NCBI GenBank assembly: GCA_035536395.1
Contig: DATLOE010000018.1
Span: 16,193 to 80,192 of the forward strand
Direction of reading: 5' to 3'
Length of the DNA: 64,000 nucleotides
Source of the DNA: Candidatus Dormiibacterota bacterium
GTDB taxonomy: Bacteria > Patescibacteriota > Saccharimonadia > UBA4664 > DATLOE01
How positions within the stretch are numbered: the stretch's first letter is position 1; every line of letters begins with the position of its first letter. Both the position numbers and the translations under genes were made by a program. The notes below the pieces were generated by a model. It was not told the origin of the DNA. It ran no database searches and saw only the letters and a program-made list of their open reading frames with translations. Positions 55,934 to 64,000 of the stretch are shown here, piece by piece.

Positions 55934-58900
55934 TTAGGGTTGGTTAATGCTGGTTTTGGCGTTATTCACACCTAGCGCGATCCACGAGAACTGCATATTA
56001 TCGGCTGCTGGCTGCTTAAGTACAATGTCGAACCCATTCGGCGTTATGTTGGTGTAAGAGTATTCGCTAAACTGCCCGCCGCCGATATTCACCGAAATAG
56101 CCGGGGTTACGGCGTACTGCCTATCGAACTTCACGGTTACTTTCTGCTCACCGGCTTTAATCACGGCGAATCCTGCGGTATCACTGTTAAACGTGGGCCG
56201 GCCCGCAAACTCCACATCGGCGTTAAATAGGACATTGCCGAAGAAGGTGGCTATCTTTTCAAAGAAGCTTTCGCCCTTGAACCTGGCCGGGCCGTTCACG
56301 GTCAGCCCGCCGCCTACACTAAGGTCCATTGCTACTGTTAGTGATTGCGCGTTCAGACTCTGCAGGTCGGTTTCGGTTGAGCTGGCGCCCGATGTATCAG
56401 ACTCCTTGGCACCACTTAAGCCCTCTACCTTACTCTCTAGCTCTTCTATCCGGTTGGTGATGGAGGTTAAGTCCTCGCCAATAGCGCCATTGCTGTAGCC
56501 GCCGCCCACAATGGCCAGCGTACTACCCACACCGGTACCGCTGAACGGCATAGCCGCCCGGCCGATGATGGCACCCTGCTTAGTAGCCCGCATAGCTACA
56601 CCGGGGGTGGAAGAGGACGTAAGCGGATCGCCGGCCGCTACCGGGCCGTTCTCTGTGCTGACCTTTACCGGCACCTTACCGCTAATGGCCACAATCGTTT
56701 CCTGGCCGCTGGCCTCCCTGCCCTCACTTATTACCAAGTTAGGCGCGCTGGTAACCACACCGACTAAGTTTGTATCGTACTGAGTCTGGGATTTAACGAC
56801 CTTGTCTGGGTCGGCAGTATCTATGGAGACCACATCGCCAGTGGTAATAGATTTATCGCTGGCAAAGTACTTTTCTCCCAGGTCGGCTCCAATTACTTGA
56901 TTTGCCCTTAAGATATCCGCACTTACTTCGCCGGTAAAGCTCGCAGATGTTTGCGATTCGGTTGAGCTTGATGATTTAGCCTCAAGCTCAGCAATCCGTG
57001 AATCCAGCCCGGTTATCTGCGTATCTACCCCAGCAAGTTTTTGTGTATATTTCTCATCTAGACTTTGCAGCCCGTCGGAAGCCAGTAGTGCATTGGCATC
57101 CACCTTGTTGTCTAATTCTTGTATTGCCAGTGCTAGATGTGCCGTAATAAATATATAGTCGATTCCGCGAATTAGGCTAGGGTTGTCTGGCTCATAAAAA
57201 ACCAGACGAGGATCTATTTCAGCAACTTCTTCAGCTATAAAACCAATCGAAGATTTATTGTTTTCGTTAAACTCATAGCTTACTGGCCTTAAGGCATTAA
57301 CTATATCAAGCCCGCTTTCAGAAGCGCTAAGGTTCTCTATGTTGTGCTTGTAGCGCTCAGATGACACCGTGCAAGAAGTGGTGCTTCCGGCGCTCACTAT
57401 ACGGCCTGAACCCGATGTGCTGATCTGGCAGACAACGGCATTGGTGGCTGATGCATCGGTGCCAAGGTTATTAATTGTTAATGAGCCGTTTACATTCATA
57501 GTAAAAGCGCCGTTACTAGCGATACGCATTCTCTCTGTGTCTGAAAGACCACCAGCTGCTACAGTATAGAATGATAAACGGCCGGGTGCGCTCGTACTGG
57601 TGAATGTTCCATCAGCTTGGCCCAAGATATATGCTCCGGTATGGAACCCGGAACCACCACTTCCCCTGAAGCTGATGGCCCCAAGGTTGTCATTGGCCAC
57701 GACTGCTGTCTGTGTACCCAAAGTATCTGACTTGCTGCGATTAAAGTCGAGGAGACCTTGTTCGTTAGCGGTGGAGTAGTGACTAATAGTTAATCCACCA
57801 TAGTTGTTAGTTCCACCCGCGGATACAAGCTCTTGCTGTTGACCGAATCGTATCCCTTGCCCCGCAGTTGCTCCCATAATAAGCCTTCCTGAGCTGTCAA
57901 AGACAGTCGGCGTGGTGTCTGCATCGCCAGTTTGGTCATTGATACGCAGTGAGAGGCCGGTACCGAGATTGGTGATCATCGCGAGAGTCCCGGCGTTATT
58001 GGCGCCAGTCGAGGAAATCCTAAGACCTGTGCCGGTGTTAGCAGCATTGTTACCGCTCATCATTATGTCTACCATCTTGCCCGTGAATGCAGCCGAACTA
58101 CTGGTCACTAATAGTCCCGTACCAGAGGTAATGGAGTTGGCAGTTATAGTTTCTAGGCCGGTACCGGTATATGCACCGGTGGTAGTGATGTTCAAGCCGC
58201 TGCCAACTGTAGCGGCGCCCATAATTAGGTCTACCAGCTCACCGGCTGCCAGTAAGTTTGCGCCTCCACCAGTTATAGACAAGCCAGTGCCTGACGTCTG
58301 GGCAGTTTGAGACAAAGTCACACCCGTACCACTAGTAAGGGCATCCATCGTAAATGTCCAAGGGTTTTGGGTAGTAGCAGTGCTCCAATTGAACAGCGTA
58401 GTAAATGCCTGGTGATCAAGCACTAGGTTGCCAGTTGGAGCCGTCAGCTGGTTCCAGGCACCGGCCGCGTCAAGGTCAGATAGCGCGCCATTCTGACATT
58501 TCTTTAGCAGGTTTTCGGTAGCGTTAGCCCAGATGCGGAACTCGCCGAGGGCACAACCGGCTGGGTTACCGGCCTCTTCAGTAAAGCTTAAGTAGTCACT
58601 GCCAGAACCGTTGCCTACAAGCATTAGCCCTGAGGTTTGAGTGGTCGGGGCACTGAACAAAAGCGTGCCATCGCTGACATTGCTAATGGTTTCGCCGTTT
58701 TGCAACCGAATATCTATGCCTGTACTTGGGGCGAAGCTAAGGCCGACGTCCCAGCCGCCACCTATATTAATCGCTGTGGATGTCAGCCGAGCTGCATCAG
58801 CACCTTCGGTGAGAGCACCAATCTTAAGCCCGTTTATGGTATCAGTCCCAGCCGCATTTGTTGGGCTAAAGGCATCGGTCTCAATAATGTTGTAGGTTAA

Positions 58901-61900
58901 AGCGTCAGTAGCGCCGCCAGCGAAGCTAGGGGTGAGGTGTAATACGTCTCCACTGGCATTGGAAGAGGCGTGGGAAATGTAGAGTCCGTCTACGCCACTA
59001 GTGGCAGCGGCTTGGCCGGAGTTAGAAATTACCACCATGTCTACAGTGGGAGCGGCCGAAGCGGTAATTTGGGTATTCGATCCAGCGGCTTGATTAATTA
59101 CAAAATCGCCAGATGAGTTTTGAGTAAACGTAATATTACTCGTGCCATTATTCGTAATGGTGTAGGCTGGGTTGTCAGTTGAGTCTAGGGTGTAGGCGTA
59201 GGCTCCGGTGTCGCTGATGTTGAGGAACTCGACGCCAGCATCTTGCATGATGAAGTCGCCTGTTGATGAGAGGTTGGTGACATAGTTACCCGCACCATTA
59301 AGTATCCAGGTGAATGTATTAGCCCCTAAGCTCGAGCTAGTCACTTCATCCAAGGCCATCGCATTTGATATGTCATCCCAGTCGATACAGTCGGTGCAAT
59401 TAAAGGTTGTTACAGGCGCTGCATCGATTAATGCTCCATCCAGGAAAAGCGAGCCGTCGACTTCGAGGTCATCCTGAAGGTAGAGGTCATTGTCGGCAGT
59501 CACCTCCCCGGCAGCCGTATGGGAGGCAGCGCCACCGGCGTTAGAGATAGCGTTGTAGGCCAGTCCAGCAGCTACGCCGCCGATGGCAAAAGTATCTGTG
59601 TCGCCGAAGATGATGTTGCCGGCACCGGAGTCGGCATTTAGAGTAATGTCTCCTGAACCAGCATTGATGGTGGTAGCTGAGGCGGCAGATGTTGAGCCCA
59701 TGATAATTGTCTGGGTTGAAGTGCCGCCATTGCCAATGCGGATGTCATGAGCGGTCGTAGAGTTGCCGATCTGCAGTGAGCTTGCGCCTGAACCGGCATC
59801 AAGTGACAAGGTCGTGCCGGCTACATTGTTACCTATAGTTATGACGTCGGCCGTGGTACCGCCATCGCCAATGTGGATCGTGTCGGCAGCCGAGCCCACC
59901 CCGATGTTAATCGTGCTGGCGGCTGCTGCCTTACCCAGGGTTATGGTGCCGTCATCCAGGAACTGCACGAACGGAGTGCCGGCATCCTGCACAATGAAGT
60001 CGCCGGTGGAAGAGAGATTATTCACAATATTCCCGCTGCCGGCCGCCGTGGTAGTAATAGCACCTGAGCCATTATTAGTAATGGTGTAGGCTGGGTTGTC
60101 AGTTGAGTCTAGGGTGTAGGTGTAGGCTCCGGTGTCGCTGATGTTGAGGAACTCGACGCCGGCATCCTGCACAATGAAGTCGCCTGTTGATGAGAGGTTG
60201 GTGACATAATTGCCAGCACCATTAAGTGCCCAGGTGAAGTTATGAGCACCTAGGCTTGAGGTAGTTGGGGCGTCTAGGGCCATGGCATCAGAGATGTCAT
60301 CCCAGTCGATACAGTCGGTGCAGTTAAGCAAAGTAACGGGTGTAAGATCAACGGTGGTGCCATCGACTTCCAGATCTCCCTGGATATATAGGTCATTGTC
60401 AGAGCTAATAGCAGCGTTCGAGGCTGCGCCGCCGGAGTTAGTTAAGGCATTGTAAGTTAATGCGTCATTATTAACACCGCCTATATGAATAACATCGCCG
60501 TCTGTAAAGCGGACTTCGTTTGAGCTGGAATCAAGGACTAGATCCCCGCCCCCGCCGGATTTTAAGAAGACCGAATCTATACCGGTGTAGGCCTGGGCGG
60601 CGGAAATAGTTACGGTGCCATTGGCGTCAACATCAAAGTTATCAAAATCTATCGTACCAGTGGTTCCTAATATACGGTTCGGCCCGATAGAAAGAGCGTT
60701 TACAATCGAGGCATCAGAAGCATCAAAGGCTGTAGTAACTGGATTGCCGCCAGAGCTGGTGACTAATATCCCCTGAGTAAGAGTAGAGTCAGCATCGGCA
60801 TGATCAAGCCGGAGTAAAGTTTCGGTGGCACCGCCGCCGACAACGTTGTTGTTCTGGATCTGTACCAGCCTCTGTGAATTATTGTCGGTCGTAGCATCAT
60901 TGGTAAGCGCGAAGGTAAAACCATTAAAAGCTGCTGCAGTTGCTGCAGTATCCCAGGTAAAGAGTGTTGCATACTCTGAGTGATTTAACCCTAAGTTGTT
61001 GTTTGGGTTTGTCAAATCGGACCAAACAGTACTACCACCGCCACCGCCACCGCCACCGCAGGTTTGCCATTCGAATTGGGAGGAACTAGATTCAAAACTT
61101 AGACACTCTTCGTCCCCCGGCGCGTCGAGCGAATTCAAATCCGAAGTACCGATTGTACCATCGAGTATTTCGCTTGAACTAATTGAGCCATTAGGCAGAA
61201 CAACTTCCGTATCCCCCAGCCCGTCAGTGTTTACTACGAGACTTGTTGTAAGTCCACCGCCTAATGTCAAGCCGGCCGCACCGCCGGGCATAATGGTAAG
61301 CGCGGCGTTGGAATCATCATCTTTAGCTGTCAGAGTCACCGTACCTGAGTCGTTTCGCCCAAAGGTAATTGTGCCGTCAGTGTTACTAGAAAGACTCTCG
61401 CTGGTGCCAAAAAACAAATCGCCACCAGACGCAGTCAGGTCGCCAGAAATTGTAACGTTGCCAATAGTACCGGCGTCTGAAATTGTAAGTAAATTATTTG
61501 CTCCGTCGGTAATAGTGAGTGATCCGCCATTGCTAATTGCGACAAACGGCGCACCATTGGAGAATGTGATAGGTGTCGCAGACGAAAAGGTCCATGAACC
61601 AGAAATTGTTTCGTTTTGGTTCTTGCGTGTAATTAGAGAATTCACGTAGTCAATTACTATGTTTGCCTCGCCAGCGGGAGATTGATTTACGTCAAAATCC
61701 GACCCAAAGAAGTCGATCGTCGAAGCACTTGGAGCCACAGAAATATCATTTTCTTCAATGCTTACGCTTCCGCCCAAATCAGAACCACATTGCCAAATAT
61801 TGTTGGTGTTATCCCATTTTAGAATTTCATTGTTAACACAGCCCTGAAGCAAAGTCAGCTGGTTATTGGAGCCACCCTGGAACTCAAGTCCGGAGTTGCT

Positions 61901-64000
61901 TGATGTCCCGCCAGTGCCATCTGCACTGGTCAACAAGTTAACACTTAAGCTATGGCTAATATTTTCACCTGATCCCGCACCGGTTGTAGAAATACCGTTG
62001 CCGGCTGTGATGTTAGCTGTATAGTCACCTGCAGTATCCGCTCCCAGCGCCACTGAGTTTGGCTGGATGGTAGTTAGTCCTACGCTGTTTATCGAGACGT
62101 CACCTGACAAACTAGTGCTGTTCCACTGAGAACCATCACCTACCAGCAAATTGCCAGACGTTGCAGTAGTACTGCCTAGTGTTGCCCCATTAATTTTGGC
62201 GACCGTTGGGTTGGGATAAGTGCCACTTAAGTCACCGCCGGCCGCGCCGCCTGGTGTGGTTCCAGATATTGTTACGTTGCCGGCAAAAGTCAGACGGCCT
62301 TTTGAATCAACTGTGTATTGCCCTACCTGGGTAGCGCTGCCGTAGGTGCCAGGGCTAACTGCCGTATTGGCTAGAGTCAGAGCCCCTGAGCTAGCTAGGG
62401 TTGCATCACCTCCCAGTGTTACGAAGGTTGGTACACCGCTAGCGTTAGCCACAACCAGCTGCCCGCTAGTGCCAGCAGCTGTAGATTGTAGCGCTCCAGA
62501 TCCATTCCCATACAACAAGCCATTTGAGATAAAGTTGGTGGCTCCGGTGCCGCCGTATTGGACAGCAATAGTGCCGCCCTGCCAGGTTCCGCTGGTGACT
62601 GTGCCTACAGTTGTGATGTCGGTAAGGTTGCCGGTAGTTATGAGGGTGCCGTTAACATTCGGTGCCGTGAAGGTGCGGGTGGTGCCTGGGCTGATGCCTG
62701 AGGCTTCAAAGGCGATTTGCTTGGTTAGGTCGGCGTCATCAAAAAGTCTAAATAGCGCATCACTAAAGGTGTTGTTACTGGTATTGTCATCGGTAGCACA
62801 GACCCATTGGTTGGAGGCGTTGTATTTAAGTACCTGGCTAGTAGCACAATCTATTAAACTGACTCCGTTGCTATCTACCTCTAGGCCTTTGTTTGCCTGG
62901 ACGGCTACGGCAATATCGTTGGCGCTAGCTGTTATACCGTTACCGGCGCCGATGTTAAGAGTTACTGTATCTGTCGCACTCACTGCAGAGGTTAGCCCTG
63001 CCCCGCCGGCTACAGTCAGGGTGTTGCCATCATTGATGGACTCAGGGGCGCCGCTGTCTCCGGCTAAGCTGAAGCTAGAAAAACTACCGCCACCATCTGT
63101 CGCACACGCCCAAGCCAAGCCGTTCCACTTGAGGATTTCGGTATTTGCACAACTTCGAATAAGCGAAAGTCCACTAATGCTGGTCTGCAGCCCTGAACCG
63201 CTCTGCAGGTTCAATCCAATCGTGTCAGCCCCAGCACTCAGGCCATCGCCAACCCCGACATTCAGGGTTACATCCCCGGTGTCACCCCCGCCTGCCAAGC
63301 CTGTGCCGGCATTCACGGTCGTAATATCGCCACTGCCGCCGCCACCTGAATCAGTCGTAGTGGTCAGGATGGTAGTACCGCCTCCCCCGCTAGGCTGCAA
63401 CTGAACAGCGGTCGTACCGCCTGGCCCCGGAGCACAGACACCGACAATTGCCAAATTACCCTTTTCACAACCCGGCACTTTACCGCGTAGGAGATCGGAG
63501 TTCAGGTTCTGCACCAAACCCGTGTCGGGGATTCTAAGATAAGACGTGTCGGGAATCGTGAATGTGTACAGGCTGGTAATATTACCCTCTCCATCGGGAG
63601 CAAACACATCATTCACATCTGGGATGCGAGGAAACGGCGCTACCCTATTACGCAGCTCTGGGTTGATCTTCTCTAGTACGTTCAGTGATGTCTGACTGAA
63701 GGGCTTAAGCTGCCGAGCCAGGAAGGAATTAGGGGTTTGGAATACGAATTTCTTCGAAGCCGGACTTTTCTTAAAGTAGCCGAGAGTTTTGGCCGTACTA
63801 TCAGGAAAAAGTATAAAGAGAAGCGTAATAATAGTAATAAGCGTCAGGAAAATTCCGGCCAGTACGCTTGCAGCGGTAATGCTAACCTTGCGAAACCTGT
63901 GTAGTTTGTGGATAGCGGTATGGTGTTCGCCTATAAGCGCATGGGCGACGGGATCGTGAATCGTCTTTTTGCCGTTACCGCCATTTTGCGCCTCGGGGCC
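55934..64000 (-). CDS. Giant (>2680 aa) membrane-anchored tail-fibre-like protein with S74 chaperone; 5' end outside the window
   Basis: Frame stays open for 128 codons beyond 63616 to base 64000 and includes a TM ([25 protein letters not shown]); SSERYKHNI...GFIAEEV S74 motif; DLGEKY...SGKVPVKV...GD.LTSS..PG.AM module. Confidence 0.9.
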   Translation of the reverse strand, partial: GPEAQNGGNGKKTIHDPVAHALIGEHHTAIHKLHRFRKVSITAASVLAGIFLTLITIITLLFILFPDSTAKTLGYFKKSPASKKFVFQTPNSFLARQLKPFSQTSLNVLEKINPELRNRVAPFPRIPDVNDVFAPDGEGNITSLYTFTIPDTSYLRIPDTGLVQNLNSDLLRGKVPGCEKGNLAIVGVCAPGPGGTTAVQLQPSGGGGTTILTTTTDSGGGGSGDITTVNAGTGLAGGGDTGDVTLNVGVGDGLSAGADTIGLNLQSGSGLQTSISGLSLIRSCANTEILKWNGLAWACATDGGGSFSSFSLAGDSGAPESINDGNTLTVAGGAGLTSAVSATDTVTLNIGAGNGITASANDIAVAVQANKGLEVDSNGVSLIDCATSQVLKYNASNQWVCATDDNTSNNTFSDALFRLFDDADLTKQIAFEASGISPGTTRTFTAPNVNGTLITTGNLTDITTVGTVTSGTWQGGTIAVQYGGTGATNFISNGLLYGNGSGALQSTAAGTSGQLVVANASGVPTFVTLGGDATLASSGALTLANTAVSPGTYGSATQVGQYTVDSKGRLTFAGNVTISGTTPGGAAGGDLSGTYPNPTVAKINGATLGSTTATSGNLLVGDGSQWNSTSLSGDVSINSVGLTTIQPNSVALGADTAGDYTANITAGNGISTTGAGSGENISHSLSVNLLTSADGTGGTSSNSGLEFQGGSNNQLTLLQGCVNNEILKWDNTNNIWQCGSDLGGSVSIEENDISVAPSASTIDFFGSDFDVNQSPAGEANIVIDYVNSLITRKNQNETISGSWTFSSATPITFSNGAPFVAISNGGSLTITDGANNLLTISDAGTIGNVTISGDLTASGGDLFFGTSESLSSNTDGTITFGRNDSGTVTLTAKDDDSNAALTIMPGGAAGLTLGGGLTTSLVVNTDGLGDTEVVLPNGSISSSEILDGTIGTSDLNSLDAPGDEECLSFESSSSQFEWQTCGGGGGGGGSTVWSDLTNPNNNLGLNHSEYATLFTWDTAATAAAFNGFTFALTNDATTDNNSQRLVQIQNNNVVGGGATETLLRLDHADADSTLTQGILVTSSGGNPVTTAFDASDASIVNALSIGPNRILGTTGTIDFDNFDVDANGTVTISAAQAYTGIDSVFLKSGGGGDLVLDSSSNEVRFTDGDVIHIGGVNNDALTYNALTNSGGAASNAAISSDNDLYIQGDLEVDGTTVDLTPVTLLNCTDCIDWDDISDAMALDAPTTSSLGAHNFTWALNGAGNYVTNLSSTGDFIVQDAGVEFLNISDTGAYTYTLDSTDNPAYTITNNGSGAITTTAAGSGNIVNNLSSTGDFIVQDAGTPFVQFLDDGTITLGKAAAASTINIGVGSAADTIHIGDGGTTADVITIGNNVAGTTLSLDAGSGASSLQIGNSTTAHDIRIGNGGTSTQTIIMGSTSAASATTINAGSGDITLNADSGAGNIIFGDTDTFAIGGVAAGLAYNAISNAGGAASHTAAGEVTADNDLYLQDDLEVDGSLFLDGALIDAAPVTTFNCTDCIDWDDISNAMALDEVTSSSLGANTFTWILNGAGNYVTNLSSTGDFIMQDAGVEFLNISDTGAYAYTLDSTDNPAYTITNNGTSNITFTQNSSGDFVINQAAGSNTQITASAAPTVDMVVISNSGQAAATSGVDGLYISHASSNASGDVLHLTPSFAGGATDALTYNIIETDAFSPTNAAGTDTINGLKIGALTEGADAARLTSTAINIGGGWDVGLSFAPSTGIDIRLQNGETISNVSDGTLLFSAPTTQTSGLMLVGNGSGSDYLSFTEEAGNPAGCALGEFRIWANATENLLKKCQNGALSDLDAAGAWNQLTAPTGNLVLDHQAFTTLFNWSTATTQNPWTFTMDALTSGTGVTLSQTAQTSGTGLSITGGGANLLAAGELVDLIMGAATVGSGLNITTTGAYTGTGLETITANSITSGTGLLVTSSSAAFTGKMVDIMMSGNNAANTGTGLRISSTGANNAGTLAMITNLGTGLSLRINDQTGDADTTPTVFDSSGRLIMGATAGQGIRFGQQQELVSAGGTNNYGGLTISHYSTANEQGLLDFNRSKSDTLGTQTAVVANDNLGAISFRGSGGSGFHTGAYILGQADGTFTSTSAPGRLSFYTVAAGGLSDTERMRIASNGAFTMNVNGSLTINNLGTDASATNAVVCQISTSGSGRIVSAGSTTSCTVSSERYKHNIENLSASESGLDIVNALRPVSYEFNENNKSSIGFIAEEVAEIDPRLVFYEPDNPSLIRGIDYIFITAHLALAIQELDNKVDANALLASDGLQSLDEKYTQKLAGVDTQITGLDSRIAELEAKSSSSTESQTSASFTGEVSADILRANQVIGADLGEKYFASDKSITTGDVVSIDTADPDKVVKSQTQYDTNLVGVVTSAPNLVISEGREASGQETIVAISGKVPVKVSTENGPVAAGDPLTSSSTPGVAMRATKQGAIIGRAAMPFSGTGVGSTLAIVGGGYSNGAIGEDLTSITNRIEELESKVEGLSGAKESDTSGASSTETDLQSLNAQSLTVAMDLSVGGGLTVNGPARFKGESFFEKIATFFGNVLFNADVEFAGRPTFNSDTAGFAVIKAGEQKVTVKFDRQYAVTPAISVNIGGGQFSEYSYTNITPNGFDIVLKQPAADNMQFSWIALGVNNAKTSINQP
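59154..60208 (-). repeat. Near-identical 131-bp direct repeats inside the giant gene
   Basis: 59154-59284 vs 60078-60208, offset 924 bp, five mismatches counted by eye. Confidence 0.85.

Noticed and set aside
59154-60208. Diversity-generating retroelement TR/VR pair
   Set aside because: Mismatches are not adenine-specific, both copies are in-frame in one gene, and there is no reverse transcriptase in the window.
1-64000. CRISPR array, IS elements, and the many antisense ORFs in the track (e.g. 62346-63404, 48566-49525, 37054-37596)
   Set aside because: No regularly spaced repeats, cas genes or transposases were seen; the antisense ORFs are shadows of well-supported genes on the other strand.

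Overview
64 kb of a small, mostly minus-strand bacterial chromosome. The gene repertoire points to Patescibacteria/CPR, most likely Saccharimonadia; this is an inference from split transketolase, short AlaRS, an FtsA plus 'baseplate-J-like' operon, prepilin-like ORFs and giant S74-chaperone surface proteins. The backbone is ordinary: a pentose-phosphate/glycolysis operon, oxidative-stress genes (trxB, glutaredoxin, msrAB, sodA), translation genes (trmD, khpA, rpsP, rnc, nusB, rpmF, leuS, alaS, mnmA, obgE), cell-wall genes (murF, mltG, LysM-CHAP), two canonical tRNAs and three tail-fibre-like surface proteins. The unusual signal lies between the housekeeping genes, many of which look leaderless. 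About ten small, self-contained orphan cassettes have Shine-Dalgarno leaders; most also have -35/-10 promoters and their own terminators, and several carry RNA devices. These devices are (i) a stand-alone ~450-nt densely base-paired RNA with its own promoter and terminator (39535-39992, minus strand), (ii) a complete type III hammerhead ribozyme after a small secreted-protein gene (40602-40654), (iii) a tRNA mimic with a 5-nt anticodon loop and no CCA inside a structured mRNA leader (11817-11886), and (iv) a loop-E hairpin and multi-hairpin trailers. All structures were read by eye; no folding program or database search was run.
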